DNA from: Octopus sinensis
Lineage: Eukaryota
DNA: 64,000 bases
Direction of reading: 5' to 3'
Assembly (NCBI RefSeq): GCF_006345805.1
Contig: NC_043019.1
Location: forward strand, 25,853,360 to 25,917,359
The notes beneath the pieces are model-generated. The model did not search any database. It saw only the letters and a list, made by a program, of their open reading frames with translations, and was not told where the DNA came from. Below are positions 38,369 to 52,411 of the stretch, piece by piece. Every line of letters begins with the position of its first letter. The stretch's first letter is position 1. Position numbers and translations under genes: made by a program.

Positions 38369-39304
38369 CGCTCATGAAAGGAAAGGTGGTTTTACGTTTC
38401 GAGAGCAAAGCTCTTCTTCAAAAGCAGGAGACAGAAGAAAGTCCAAGAGAAAAGGAACACGGAGGAAAAAAATCACCAACGATCCACCCCGTCTACCAAA
38501 TCCGCTCACAAGGCTTTGGTCGTCCCGAGGCTGAAGTATGTGTTTGGGAAGAGAGATTCTTACCACACAGCCACACATACTTAAAATCTAAAATAAACTA
38601 TGAAAATTATAGAACTAAATTGTATTAAACAGATTCAAATTTATTTATACATCTCCATAGCAAAGTCTGTTTGATATTTACTAATCCAATTAACATACTC
38701 AAAAATATATCTCACTCCAATGTTTATACAGGAAAATGTTAACAGAATGAAAATTAAACAAAGACAAGTAAAGAACATGGTTTTATTCAATAGATGCAGG
38801 TACAAATTTAAACAAATCTAAAGCAGTGCAATGTTTAATCATCAACATTTTGCTTAAAAACTAAAGAACAAAACTATTTTTAACACAATATAAGCACATT
38901 AATCCACTAGGAAAACAACGTCTGCTTACCTAATACTGTATATAGTATGATGTTGCACAGTGTTTCCGGATTTCTGGAAATTCCGAATTCCTGGAAGCCG
39001 TATAAGCGGTCCATTACTGTTGTATATTATGAAAGTCTACTTTGACATATGTGAAGAAAAAAAGGGTTAATTCGCTACGGCAGAACCTAATTCTCATTGA
39101 ACTTTGCAAATATAGGATGTCGTTAAGTGTCATTGAGTGTGTGTGTGTGTGTGTGTGTGGCGTGTGTAAAGCTGTTCTACTTACAATCCCTGACAGGTGG
39201 CGTTTGGTGTCATTAGATTAGATTACAGCTAAAACAAAACTAATTCTTCTTCTTGCCGAGATACTATTTCAGAAGCAAGATCAACGATAAAATTAATGAA
39301 GTTG

Positions 39305-39362
<58 letters not shown>

Positions 39363-39409
39363 TAATAATAATAATTATTATTATGATTATTATTATTATT
39401 ATTATTATT

Positions 39410-39447
<38 letters not shown>

Positions 39448-39617
39448 TAACATCATCATCATCATCATCATCATTAATATTATCATCATCATCATCATCA
39501 TCATCATCACCACCATCATCATCATTAATATTATTATTATTATTATTATCATCATCATCATCATCATCATCATCATTAATATTATTATTATTATTATCAT
39601 TATTATTATTATTATTA

Positions 39618-39650
<33 letters not shown>

Positions 39651-39960
39651 ACTTTCAAAACAGTGAAAGTAAGAGCATCACAACAACCCACAGCAGCACA
39701 TACCTAAGGCACGCAGAGCTGCGCTTGGTAGTGCGGTGAAAGCACGTGATAAAAATAAGACTACTGAATAATAATAATGAGGAGGAGGAGGAGGAGGAAG
39801 AGGAGGAAGAGGAGGAAGAGGAGGAGGAGGAGGAGGAGGAGGAGGAGGAGGATGAGAAGAAGAAGAAGAAGAAGAAGAAGAAGAAGAAGAAGAAGAAGAA
39901 TTTCTAGTGAAGGCACAGGGCCATGAAACTTCGGGGGAGTGGACGAATCAATTACATCGA

Positions 39961-40652
39961 TTCCAAGAAAAGCAACAACGCAACAGAAAGGGCGAGGAAT
40001 ATTAATGCAATGTATGGGGATCGGACAATAAGCATAAGCCAGTGTCAACAACGGTTCCAGAAATTCGAAGCCGGCAACTACAGGCTAAAAACCGGGCCTC
40101 GTCCTGAAACATCTGTAGAGATCGACGTGGTTGTCCTGAAAACCCTAGTGGAACAAAATCCCATTGTAACTGTTGAGGAACTAGCAGAGAAGCTTGGATT
40201 TGGTCATTCAACCAGTCATTCAAGTAAGCGCTAGAAGAAAACCGACCATCTTTGGTTTCAAGACGAAAAGGGTTCTTCCATCAGGATAATATTCGGCCAC
40301 ATACAGCTAGGATGACATTCCAAAGGCTGGAGCAATTTGAGTGGGAAACGATGCGTTACCTACCATATTCGCCGGAATTGCACCATCTGATTATCATTTA
40401 TTCCGCAGTCTTCAAAATCATTTGGATGGAAAACGTATGAATTCTGTAGACGAGGTCAGAACAGTACTGGGGGAGTATTTTCCGTCACGGACAAGTGAAT
40501 TTTGGAAGAGGGGGCCTTGCAAGTCTACCAGATAGATAGAAGAGCATTGTAGAAAATGAAGGAGAGTATAGTTTACATTGAAAAAGAACTTTATCTTAAT
40601 TTTGAAAAATAAAAGACGTATCAAAAAACGCATTATTTATGGGATGTTTCAA
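39961..40652 (+). mobile_element. Internally deleted mariner transposon (pseudogene)
   Basis: HTH region ARNINAMYGDRTISISQCQQRFQKFEAG...VEQNPIVTVEELAEKLG. Catalytic C-terminus HQDNIRPH...PYSPE/LAPSDYHLFRSLQNHL. The 3' TIR-like cgcattatttatgggatgtttcaa is followed by TA. Confidence 0.88.
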
Positions 40653-41540
40653 TATTATATTAAACTACATTATACTCAGGGCGTCAAGCTAGCAGAACCT
40701 TTAGCACGCCGGCAGAAAATGTTTAGCTGTATTTCGTCCGTCTTTATGGTCTGAGTTCAAATTCCATCGATTTCAAATTGCCTCTCATCTTTTCGAGGTC
40801 TATAAAATAAGTACAAGTAAAACACTAAAAGTAGGGAACACTGTAATCGACTTACACCCTGCCCCAAAATTTCAGGCTTTATATCTATAATGTTGTTTCC
40901 TACTCGGGCCATGCCTGGCTCATAAGGGCTGGTTTCCCGATTTCATTAGCGTATGGGTTCCCCACCTGGACGAGACGCTCGTCGCAAGTGAGCTGCTAGA
41001 TGCAGGAGGAAAGAGTGAAAGTTGTGGCGAAAGAGTCAGCAAAGTTTCGCCATTACATTCCGCCAGAGCCGCGTGGAGCTTAGGTGTTTTGCTCATAAAT
41101 ACACACATCGCCTGGTCTGAGATTCGAATCCTCGAACTCGCGATTCCTCGACCGATCTATAACACAAAGTATTATTTATGTGTTCGTGTTTAGCACTAAG
41201 ATTCACCAGAAGACCAAAGAGTACATCTGAACTGTGTTTAAGTGTAACTCACTAAATATGGACGATGAATAATTGCTATCACGTGATACTGCAATAGGTC
41301 GGAAGAATAAATATGGAAAGGACAAATGTTGGATACACCACATAAGAAAATAGTCTGTACTACATACGTATATACGTGTGCGTGTATGTGTGTGTGCGTT
41401 TGTGCGCGCGTGTGTGTGCGTGTGTATCTGTGTGTCGTGTGTGTAAGTGTGTGAGTGCATGTGTGTGAATGTGTGTGTATGAGTGTGTGTGTGTGTATGA
41501 GTGTGTGTGTGTCTGTGTGTCTGTGTGCGTATTATATATT

Positions 41541-41955
41541 GGTGCAGGTGTAGCTGTGTGGCGAGGTTTGCTTCTCCACTACATGTTTCCAGGTTCGATC
41601 CCACTGCATGGGATCTTAAGCGTCTTCTACTAATAGCCTCGAGCCAACCTAGGCCTTGTCACTCGATTTGGTAGATGAAAACTGAAAGAAGCCTGTCGCG
41701 TGTGTGTGGTGTGTGTGTGTGTGTGTGTGTGTGTGTCGTTGTGTCTGTGTTTGTATCCGACCACCGCTTGACAACCGGTGTTGGTTTGCTTACGTCCTCT
41801 TCACTTAGCGATTCGGCAAAAGGGACCGATAGACTAAGTACCATAGCTTTACAAAAGTAACAAGTATTAGGGTCGGTTCGTTCGACTGTAAATTTTCTAA
41901 TTTGGCGCTGCAGCATGGCCGCAGCCTAATGACTGAAACAAGCAAGAAATAAATG
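41541..41955 (+). mobile_element. SINE type B
   Basis: B box GGTTCGATCCC, internal (TG)n, colinear with 10073-10453. Confidence 0.8.
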
Positions 41956-42009
41956 ATAAAAGACATGTGTATGAGCGTGGTGTACGTGTGTGAGTGTGTA
42001 TTTATATAG

Positions 42010-42396
42010 CATGGAGGCGCAATGGTCCAGTGGTTAGGGCAGCGGACTCGCGGTCGGAGGATCGCGGTTTCGATTCCCAGACAGGGCATTGTGAGTGTTT
42101 ATTGAGCGAAAACACCTAAAAGCTCCACGAGGCTCCGGCAGGGAGTGGTGGTGAACCCTGCTGTACTCTTTCACCACAACTTTCTCTCACTCTTTCTTCC
42201 TGTTTCTCTTGTACCTGTATTTCAAAGGGGCCAGCCTTGTCACACTCTGTGTCACGCCGAATCTCCTCGAGAACTACGTTAAGGGTGCACGTGTCTGTGG
42301 AGTGCTCAGCCACTTGCACGTTAATATATCACGAGCAAGCTGTTCCGTTGATCGTATCAGCTGGGACCCTCGTCGTCGCAACCGACGGAGTGCTCC
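42010..42396 (+). mobile_element. SINE type A, full length with TSD
   Basis: Matches 7591-7985. TSD atttatatag at 42000-42009 and 42397-42406. Confidence 0.9.
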
Positions 42397-42511
42397 ATTT
42401 ATATAGAAATAATTGTTTAGCAGATGTCGTCTATGATGGTTCGTATGACTGCTAAAAAAAAGTGTTGAAAACAAAATTCATTCATTCGTTTCAGAAAATG
42501 GGGAAAAAAAC

Positions 42512-42575
<64 letters not shown>

Positions 42576-42804
42576 AACGAGGAGAAGAAAAGTTAAAGGA
42601 AGACGATGAATGAGAAATTGTAGCAGAAATTACAAAAAGACAAGAGGAGAAAAAAGACCAGAGTGAAGAAAATAATGGAAGAAAAACTAAAAGAAAAAAT
42701 AGGATTCATGTGTGAAGGAAAAAAGAAAATGTTGCATGTTGAAAGTAGAATATATAGACTATTGTTAAATATAGTAGAGATGAATCGGTAGTCTATAGAG
42801 ACAG

Positions 42805-43037
42805 TAAGGCGGCGAGCTGGTAGAAACGTTAGCACGCCGAGCGAAATGCTTAGCGGTATTTCGTCTGCGTTACGTTGTGAGTTCAAATTCCGCCGAGGTC
42901 GACTTTGCCTTTCATCCTTTCGGGGTCGATAAATTAAGTACCAGTTACGCACTGGGGTCGATGTAATCGACTTAATACCTATGTCTGTCCTTGTTTGTCC
43001 CCTCTGTGTTTAGCCCCTTGTGGGTAATAAAGAAATA
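42805..43037 (+). mobile_element. SINE type C, full length with 18-bp TSD
   Basis: B box GAGTTCAAATTCC and central gactttgcctttcatcctttcggggtcgataaattaagtacc. TSD ggtagtctatagagacag at 42787-42804 and 43038-43055. Confidence 0.9.
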
Positions 43038-43609
43038 GGTAGTCTATAGAGACAGGAGAGGAAGAGTCTAAAGAAATATAACGAGGGTAGGGATGAAAAT
43101 GTTCACAAAGCCAAAAATGACGTGATAGATAGATAGATAGATAGATAGATACATACATACATGCATACATACATACATACATACATACATACATACATAC
43201 ATACATACATACATACATACATACATACATACATACATACATACATACATAGTAGGTAGTACATATAGATATACTCTAGTCTAATCAACCGCGCATATTG
43301 TGTAGCTTTTCGTATGGAATCATTTAGCGAGCAATGGCATTAGAAATGGAGAGGCAGAGAAACAATTGTAACTAATGGTAGTAAAGTTGTGTTAAATTCA
43401 TTCTTCGTCTTTTTACTTGTGTAATATGTTATTCCTTGTCAGAATTATGCACAGCCTTTACCGGTTAGGTACCATGGAGGTTTCTGCAGCCGTGAAGTTT
43501 CAATTTTTCCCAAAGTTCTAATTTGAGAATGTAGATATCTAGGAGTCCATGTTTGGTTCTGCATACCCCAATTTTCCACCCAAATTGGATCAACACGATA
43601 TATATATAT

Positions 43610-43653
<44 letters not shown>

Positions 43654-43903
43654 CGTATATGTTTGTCCCCCCCCCAACATCGCTGACAACCGATGTTGGT
43701 GTGTTATGTCCCCGTAACTTAGCGGTTCGGAAAAACAGACCGATAGAATAAGTACTTAACTAACAAAGAATAAGTCCTAGGGTCGATTTGCTCGACTAAA
43801 GGCGGCACTCCAGCATAGTCGCAGTCAAATGACTGAAACAAGTAAAAAGAATACACACACACACACACACACACACACATTTATATGTGTGTATATATAT
43901 TAA

Positions 43904-43934
<31 letters not shown>

Positions 43935-44749
43935 CGCGCAATTATATCAGAATTTCCAAGCGTTTTCACACAGTCTTTATCATAAAGGATTGATCAATGC
44001 AAGACTTTTGCTGTGCATGGAAATCGAACACGGCTCCAGGTGATCGCGAGCCAAACTGTTTAATCATGATTTATAATAGCATTACATTATACCACATAAT
44101 ATAAATATATAGTTTAGTATTAACATTAATCCACGTTAACATAATTCACGCCGATATTAATAGTAATATTTGATATAAAGTGTATTTTCAGACAATATTT
44201 AACAAAATTATCAGTGACGTTTGAAAGAATATTAAGTGGTATGTGTGTGTGTGTCAGAGTGTGTGTCAGTGTGTGTGTCAGTGTGTGTGTGTGTACTGTA
44301 AGGTAATGTGTGTGTATATTGTGTGCGTGTGTTGTATTTGTATAAGTATGATGTATGTTAAAATCTTATCTGAAATGTTGAGTAAGTTATCACACAGATC
44401 AATAGGAACAGTGTGTGAAAGCAGTTTCTATGGCGCTGATGGTGGCGCCCGTAATGGGATGGTGGTGGTGGCGGCGGCGGCGGCGGTGGTGGTAGTGGTG
44501 GTGGTGGTGGTGGTGGTGGTGGTGGTGGTGGTGGTGGTGGTGGTGGTATATGATGGAGATGGCAGCATTGGTGGTACTTATAGTAACATTTACATTAGTG
44601 ATGAGGATATTAACAGTTAATAGTGGCAATCACGGTGATTGTGGTAATGATGGTGTTGGTGGTGGTGGTCGTCGTGGCAGCGGTGGTGGTGAGGCCGGTA
44701 TTGTCTTTTTACTTCCGTTTGAGAAATTTGTTTTGTTACATTTGTGTAG

Positions 44750-44782
<33 letters not shown>

Positions 44783-44795
44783 TATTATATATATA

Positions 44796-44843
<48 letters not shown>

Positions 44844-45103
44844 TATATATATGTTTGTGTGTATGTATATATTACCAATTCAGCATCTTGTATACATATA
44901 TTTATACACATACACAAATCTACGTGCGCACGTATATCTATGCTTATGTATATGCATGTATATATATATATATATATACACGTGTGTGTATATATGTGTG
45001 TAATATTACATTAACATCTATTAAACATATATATATACATATATATGTATGTATTATCACACCAATTGTACATGTGTGAGTTTGTATGTGTTTATATATG
45101 TGT

Positions 45104-45147
<44 letters not shown>

Positions 45148-45157
45148 CATACATACA

Positions 45158-45190
<33 letters not shown>

Positions 45191-45674
45191 GTGTGTGTGT
45201 ATGTGCATATATGTATTCATATATGTATGTATGTAGGTGGGTAGGTAGTTAGGTAGGTAGGTAGGTAGGTAGGTAGGTAGGAGGTAGGTAGGTAGGTAGG
45301 TAGGTTTGTAGGTAGGTAGGTAGGTAGGTAAGTAAGTAGATAGGTATGATTGAAATGTTTTATGATTTAAATTCTTACAATAAAAATAGGAACAACTTTC
45401 TAACAAAGAAACAAAAAATTTATCACCAGTCTTTTGATAAGAGCAGCGATAAGTCTTACACGTGGAACTTTAAAATATCTTGCATATGTTTATTGTTCCT
45501 CTTATTTAGTGTAATTGATTACTCTCTTGTTCGCTCCCTTTATGTGCGTGTGTGTGTGTCTCGGTCTTCTGTATTTAATTATTTAAATTCTTCCTCTAAA
45601 GTAGGTGTTGGTTTCTAACCAAAGATACAAAACTCCATCTTTGGAATGTAAATAACGAAAATAATGTCATATTT

Positions 45675-46164
45675 GGAGACGATGATCTCCTGGGGCTACA
45701 AGCTACAGTAACACCCACCCTTAGTGGTTAGCCATATTGAGATGGCAAGTATACCTCACATTGTCGTGCAGTTACTGTTTACATCTCGTTCAGAGATTTA
45801 TTATTGCTTGCATACAGTTTTTCGAGATCAGTGACGAAAAGTTACTGGAAAAACGATATATAAGGATTTGCATTGGGACCCCCTTCATCGACAACTGGTG
45901 ACTGCCGTACGCTGAAGACAGGCAAATACCTAGAAACTGCAGTCCGTGCGTGTCACCTAGGTTGACGAGGGAGGGATGACTTCCCTTTGCAAATACCATA
46001 AGGGCACAGAAAGTGTGCCTAAAGCCAGCTGGAGACGATGATCTCCTGGGGCTAAAAGCTACAGTAACACCCACCCTTAGTGGTTAGCCATATTGAGATG
46101 GCTAGTATACCTTACATTGTCGTGCAGTTACTGTTTACATCTCGTTCAGAGATTTATTATTGCT
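45675..46164 (+). mobile_element. Retrozyme-like non-autonomous retroelement: 356-nt monomer, 134-bp terminal direct repeat, 12-bp TSD
   Basis: 45675-45808 is repeated at 46031-46164 (period 356). aatgtcatattt lies at 45663-45674 and 46166-46177. There is a central hammerhead, multiple hairpins and no credible ORF. Confidence 0.88.
45897..45957 (+). ncRNA. Type I hammerhead ribozyme (best copy)
   Basis: ggtgac-tgc-cgtacg-CTGAAGA-c agg caaata cct a-GAAAC-tgca-GTC-cgtgcg-t-gtcacc. Predicted cleavage is after C45944. Confidence 0.87.
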
Positions 46165-46486
46165 CAATGTCATATTTTACAGCGGAGAAATGTCTTGCCT
46201 AGTTTTACTCTTCCGCTTACAAATTGAATTTGTAACGTGTAAATCAGTGGATTGATATCTTTTCCTGAAAATCCAAGTTTGTCCAGACTAACAATAAGGC
46301 ATTTGCTTAGAAAACCAAGTACTCCAGCTGTTATTGGTATAAATGTTAATTTCTAATCCAGATATAGCTGCTGGAGGTTTCCAAGTACTTGTCCATAGTT
46401 ATCCTTTTTTTCGTCCATTTTCAAAAATATAATCACATCAGTAGAACAGCTGACCTTTATGACGGTACATGTCTGTCTGTCTGTCT

Positions 46487-46634
46487 GTATGTATGTATGT
46501 ATGTATGTATGTATGTATATATGTATGTATGTATGTATTAATGTATATATGTATGTATGTATTAATGTATATATGTATGTATGTATATATGTATGTATGT
46601 ATTAATGTATTTATGTATTATGTATGTATGTATG

Positions 46635-46665
<31 letters not shown>

Positions 46666-46937
46666 ATATGTATGTATGTATTAATGTATATATGTATGTA
46701 TGTATGTATACATGTATGTATGTATGTATGTATTAATGTATATATCTATATATGTATGTATTAATGTATATATGTATTATGTATGTATGTATGTATATAT
46801 GTATGTATGTATGTATGTATTAATGTATATATGTATGTATGTATGTATATATGTATTAATGTATATATGTATGTATATATGTATTAATGTATATATGTTT
46901 GTGTGTATGTATGTATGTATGTATGTATGTATGTATG
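46487..46937. repeat. (TATG)n with recurring higher-order unit attaatgtatatatgtatgtatgt
   Basis: Directly visible. Confidence 0.9.
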
Positions 46938-47145
46938 TGTGTGCAATCAAGACATAATAAAGAAGAATGGAGAATTATACATCTTCATAATGTCTTTATT
47001 ACTGTATTATTCCCATGAAATTCACGTTAAAGACCAATCCGACACGTGTTTCTGCTGAATAGTGTCCTAACGTCCTAACAGTTTTGTCCAAAAAATTTTT
47101 ACCCTTGTAGATGATCCCTATTCCTTCTCGCTACGTATAACACAC

Positions 47146-47177
<32 letters not shown>

Positions 47178-47184
47178 TAAAAAA

Positions 47185-47225
<41 letters not shown>

Positions 47226-47827
47226 ATATATATATATATATATTATATATATATATATGTATATGTATATGTATATATATGTATATGTATAAATATGGAC
47301 GTATAGAATTATATTTATATTTATACAAAAAAATTATATGTGTATATATTCAATAAACTATACATTTAGCCCGGTTCAGTCTTGCCACCAGATGTAGCTG
47401 CATGTTACCTAATCAACATCATACTAGATTTTATGATTTATCTTCATGACATTTGGGTTGCGCGGGAGCGGGAGCGGGTGATCACGTGTGTAATGATATC
47501 TTTTTCGGACGTGTGACATAATTGACATATTTTCGTCTCATCTTAGTTTAAGCGCTTCACTGCATCCTTTAAAATGAATTTAAAACATCACTTGAGTATT
47601 AAAACATGAATAAAACATGAATAAAACATCCAATAATTGATACCCAGATCGATACACAGATCTTTAAATGAATTAAAGGTTTTCTGAGGTTTCATGCTAT
47701 AATTATATATTTTTTAGATTCAGCTCACTCCTTTTTTTTTTTTAACTTCATTAATGCTTTAGGGTTATGTCTTGATTTTCGCATAGCAAAGACCTAATCT
47801 TCGTAATGTTCCGAGATGTAATGCTAC

Positions 47828-48240
47828 AAGGCGTGGCTGTGTGGTAAGAAGCTTGCTATCCAACCACATGGTTCTGGGTTCATTCCTACTGCGTGGAACT
47901 TTGGGCAAGTGTCTCGGGACGGCCAAAGCCTCGTGGGTGAATTTGGCGAACGGAAACTGAAAGAAGCTTGTCGTATATATACAGGTGTGTGTATGTTTGT
48001 GTATGTGCGCGTGTGTGTGTGTCGTGTCTGTGTTTGTGTGTGTGTAGATATCTCATCACCGCTTAACAACTGATGTTGTGCTTACATCCCTGTAACTTAG
48101 CGCTTCAGCAACAGAGCACAATAGACTAAGGTCCAGGCTGTAAAAAAGTAACTACTTGGGCTCATTCATTCAACAAAAATTCTTTCACTATGGTGATTCA
48201 GCATGGCCGCAGTCTAATGACAGAAATAAGTAAAAGATAA
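47828..48240 (+). mobile_element. SINE type B (diverged)
   Basis: Colinear with 10073-10453. Confidence 0.75.
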
Positions 48241-48514
48241 ACGAAACCCAAGAAAGGTTACACATCCACTCAATGCCGTCATTGTGGCCAAGTTTACGGA
48301 AAATATACCCATGGATAACCTCTTTTACATATATATGCAATGTTTCTCTGCCAAGCGTTGCTTGCAGTACGCTAGTCCAATAGTTATGGGTCAATATTTA
48401 TCATCAGAGACAAAGTAATTTTTGACAATTACACTGTGTGTGCACACGTATGTGTGTGCACATGTATGTGTGTGTGTGGTGGTAGTGCTGGTGCTGGTCG
48501 TCGTCGCAGGGATC

Positions 48515-48787
48515 TGTTATTGAATTTTATTTCTAGATGCATTGTTGTCAGTGAACGAACCGTTTTCTAACCTAGATTCAAATTTGCTTCTTTGGAATTT
48601 CAACATAAACAGGATAGTTATGCATGGTTACGTGTAGTCAGTGTATGCGCAGATCTGTAGGCTATGTTTTATGTATGTATCTTCACACATGTAGTTGCAT
48701 GTCTAAGCATTTGCATATGTACTTAAATGCCAAACTTTAGAGAAGTTTTATATATTTCGACAGTACCTTCCATTGACTGCTTGTATA
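48515..48787 (-). mobile_element. R4/Dong-clade 3' end (same family as 2090-2560)
   Basis: Reverse-complement similarity to 2260-2560. Confidence 0.65.
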
Positions 48788-49037
48788 AGTAATCTCATGT
48801 ATCTATATATGTGAGTGTATGTGTGTGTGCATGTATATATGTGCCTGTATATAAATGTGTATATGTGTGTATGCATACGTTTGTATATGTACGTATAACT
48901 ACACTATACGCCTGTTTCTCAATATATATCAGTGTGTATTTGTATGTATTTTCATATATATGTAAGTTTTAATACATATACTTACTCGTTTTCCTCTTCA
49001 CATACACAATATGTTTATATATACGACAGTATATACG

Positions 49038-49080
<43 letters not shown>

Positions 49081-49259
49081 CACATATACACATATAACAT
49101 ATACATACACACATATATGTATATGTGTGTATGTATGTATATTATGTATATATATAAATGCGTGTGCGTGTTTATATATATATATATATATATGTTATAC
49201 ATATATCTGTGTTTGTATATCTACATATATATATATATATATCATACGTACATATATAT

Positions 49260-49329
<70 letters not shown>

Positions 49330-49861
49330 TGTATGTACTTATGTATATAAGACTGCATATATGTATATAATGTATGTGTCTCTAAATTTACATGAACGCA
49401 AAGGTACGTATATTTATATATGTCTATGAAATGTGTCTATGAATATGTATGTGTGTGTGTATGTGTTTGAGTGTGGGGGGAGGTTCTTTCTCTTAAAATG
49501 TTCATTTTCTTCCAACCATTATAATCCGAGAACAAATAAATAATATAATTATCTAATTTTCTTCTTCTTTTTCTTCTTCTTGATGTTATTTGTTTTACTT
49601 CTATCGCTGTTATTTTTTTTTTACTTATTTCAAATCCCCTCCTCCTCCAATTTACTTACACACCCACACACATATGCTCGCTCACACACACAACACACAC
49701 ACACACACACACACACAAAGTCGCTTTCTTTCTAACACTCCTTTCCCCCTTCCTATCTCTGTCTTTCCCCTTCCTCCAAGCTTTCAGATCAAGTATGTTT
49801 TTTCTCTCTCCCTCTTTCACTCTTTCTCTTTCTCTCTCTCCCTCTGTCTTTCTTTCTCTCC

Positions 49862-49892
<31 letters not shown>

Positions 49893-50032
49893 CATCCCCT
49901 TCTCCTTCTCTTATTTGTTCTTACACTAATTTTGGTATTGTTATTTGGTGCTGGTGGTGCAGGTGTTATTTTTCCCTTCTCTTCTTTCTTGTATGCAGAG
50001 ACACTCACGCACACACACACACACACACACAC

Positions 50033-50073
<41 letters not shown>

Positions 50074-50092
50074 ATGTACATGATCTCTCTCT

Positions 50093-50152
<60 letters not shown>

Positions 50153-50330
50153 ACTCGCTTTCGATCGCTTTTATTTCCTTGGCTGTTGATTTATTTGTGT
50201 GTACTTGTAATACAAATACCCATATTTATGAACATATGCGTATGTAAGTATATCTTTATAGGTATGTATTTGTATTTATGTATGTGTACGTATATAAACA
50301 TATATGTATGTGTGTATATGAACCATTGTA

Positions 50331-50384
<54 letters not shown>

Positions 50385-50684
50385 CTTTACTCTTTACTCT
50401 TTTACTTGTTTCAGTCATTTGACTGCGGCCATGCTGGTGCACCGCCTTTAGTCGAGCAACTCGACCCCGGGATTTATTCTTTTGTAAGCCCAGTACTTAT
50501 TCTATCGGTCTCTTTTGCCGAACCGCTAAGTGACGGGGTGTGTATTTTATTCTTTTATTCTTTTATACGTTTCAGTCATAAGGTTGTCGCCATGCCAAGC
50601 ACTACCAGTGTAATTGGCTTTTGGTGAAGGGGAGAGTTCAATACTGCTGCCCTTTTTTTTAGTTTTCTGCCGTGGTATTTGTTC

Positions 50685-50909
50685 GAGCTGGCAGAACCGT
50701 TAGCACGCCAGGCGAGATGCTTAGCGGTATTTTGTCTGTCGCTGCGTTCTGAGTTCAAATTCCGCCGAGGTTGACTTTGCCTTTCATCCTTTCGGGGTCG
50801 ATAAATTAAGTACCAGTTACGCACTGGGGTCGATGTAATCGACTTAATCCGTTTGTTTGTCCTTGTTTGTCCCCTCTGTGTTTAGCCCCTTGTGGGTAGT
50901 AAAGAAATA
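50685..50909 (+). mobile_element. SINE type C with 11-bp TSD
   Basis: Near-identical to 42805-43037. TSD ggtatttgttc at 50674-50684 and 50910-50920. Confidence 0.88.
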
Positions 50910-51414
50910 GGTATTTGTTCATCAGGGTCCTTGGATAACGAGAGGTGTTGTTGTTTCTTGAAAATATTTACCCTTACTCTACGAAAATCCTTCAGATATT
51001 TTGGCAAGGCGTTAAATGGCTATGGGCCCTGAAATCCCACACTATTGCAGTACATGTTCCTCACTCTAGACGGGATTGTTGGGACCTTTGGAACAGTGAA
51101 GCAACGTTCAGTTCGGGGGCTGGTAGAGCCTCGATACAAAAGTTTGGTGCCAGCCCCCTCTCCAAGGATTTTCCATGTTTGTGTGTGTGTTGGTGTGTGT
51201 GTGTGTGTTTTTGTTATACAGAGAGAGAGAGAAAAAAATAGAGAGTTTATATCTTATCAGATGAACAGACGTACAGAGCGAGAAGCACAGATTAGTGATG
51301 TATGGAGTTATAAGCTTCGAAAAAGTCTCACCGTCCATACATCCGTACGTGTACATATATATATGTGTGTGTGTGTGTATCTGTGTGTGTGTGTGTGTGA
51401 GTGTATGTGTGTAT

Positions 51415-51501
<87 letters not shown>

Positions 51502-51552
51502 TATGCATGTATGTAAGTATTTGTGTATGTATATATATATATATATAAATAC

Positions 51553-52411
51553 TTTCAACAATTGAGGGTAAAATTAATTAATTATTAATCAATTTCACCA
51601 AGTATCAGTATGTAAAGGGACCATTTAAGGCGAATTCAAATTATTACATTATATAAAAGGGCTTAGTAAATAAAATTACTTTGCCACATACTGAACTCAT
51701 TAGAAATAGCAGCTAAAAAAATTTTTTAACTATTCTAATACTTAAAGAAAATCTCTCTCATATAGTGTTTGCTCAAGTCAACTCACGAAGGTATGGGGGT
51801 AAAAACATTAAATAATCACAAATGCAAAGGTTATTTGAGAACGTACGTTTCTAGATTAGTCAAATCGACATTTCTTTCGTCAGCTCAGAACTCCTTGATT
51901 CGGATCTGGGAACACTGAAAGTGGGAGCATACCCTTTTGGCTTCTTATCACTTCCGGAGATCTGCTCGAACTACCAGTGCTAACAAATTCAAAATATGCA
52001 AGCGAAGAATTTCTGCTCCCTTTACACCAGCGTGGGTTAAAATTGGTAAAACACTATGTTTTATCGGTAAAAACCGAAGCATTAAATAGAGAGAAATGAA
52101 TTATAATTTCAACAATTGATGGGTAAAATTAATTAATTATTAATCAATTTCACCAAGTATTCAGTATGTAAAGGGACCATTAAGGCGAATTCAAATTATT
52201 ACATTATATAAAAGGGCTTAGTAAAATAAATTACTTTGCCACATAGACACTCATTAGAAATAGCAGCTAAAAAAATTTTTTAACTATTCTAATACTTAAA
52301 GAAAATCTCTCTCATATAGTGTTTGCTCAAGTCAACTCACGAAGGTATGGGGGGAAAAACATTAAAAAACACAAAATGCAAAGGTTATTTGAGAACGTAC
52401 GTTTCTAGATT

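Larger units (their letters stand above)
45570..46470 (-). mobile_element. R4/Dong-clade 3' end split by the retrozyme-like insertion
   Basis: 46178-46465 on the minus strand reads TVIKVSCSTDVIIFLKMDEKKDNYGQVLGNLQQLYLD*KLTFIPITAGVLGF...RVKLGKTFLRC. The 3' UTR resumes left of 45663. Confidence 0.75.

Noticed and set aside
45790-46074. Conserved 94-96 aa minus-strand ORF in both retrozyme copies (also 29701-29991)
   Set aside because: It has a non-ATG start, lies antisense to the ribozyme and has C-termini that differ by a frameshift. Its conservation is explained by nucleotide similarity of the repeat.
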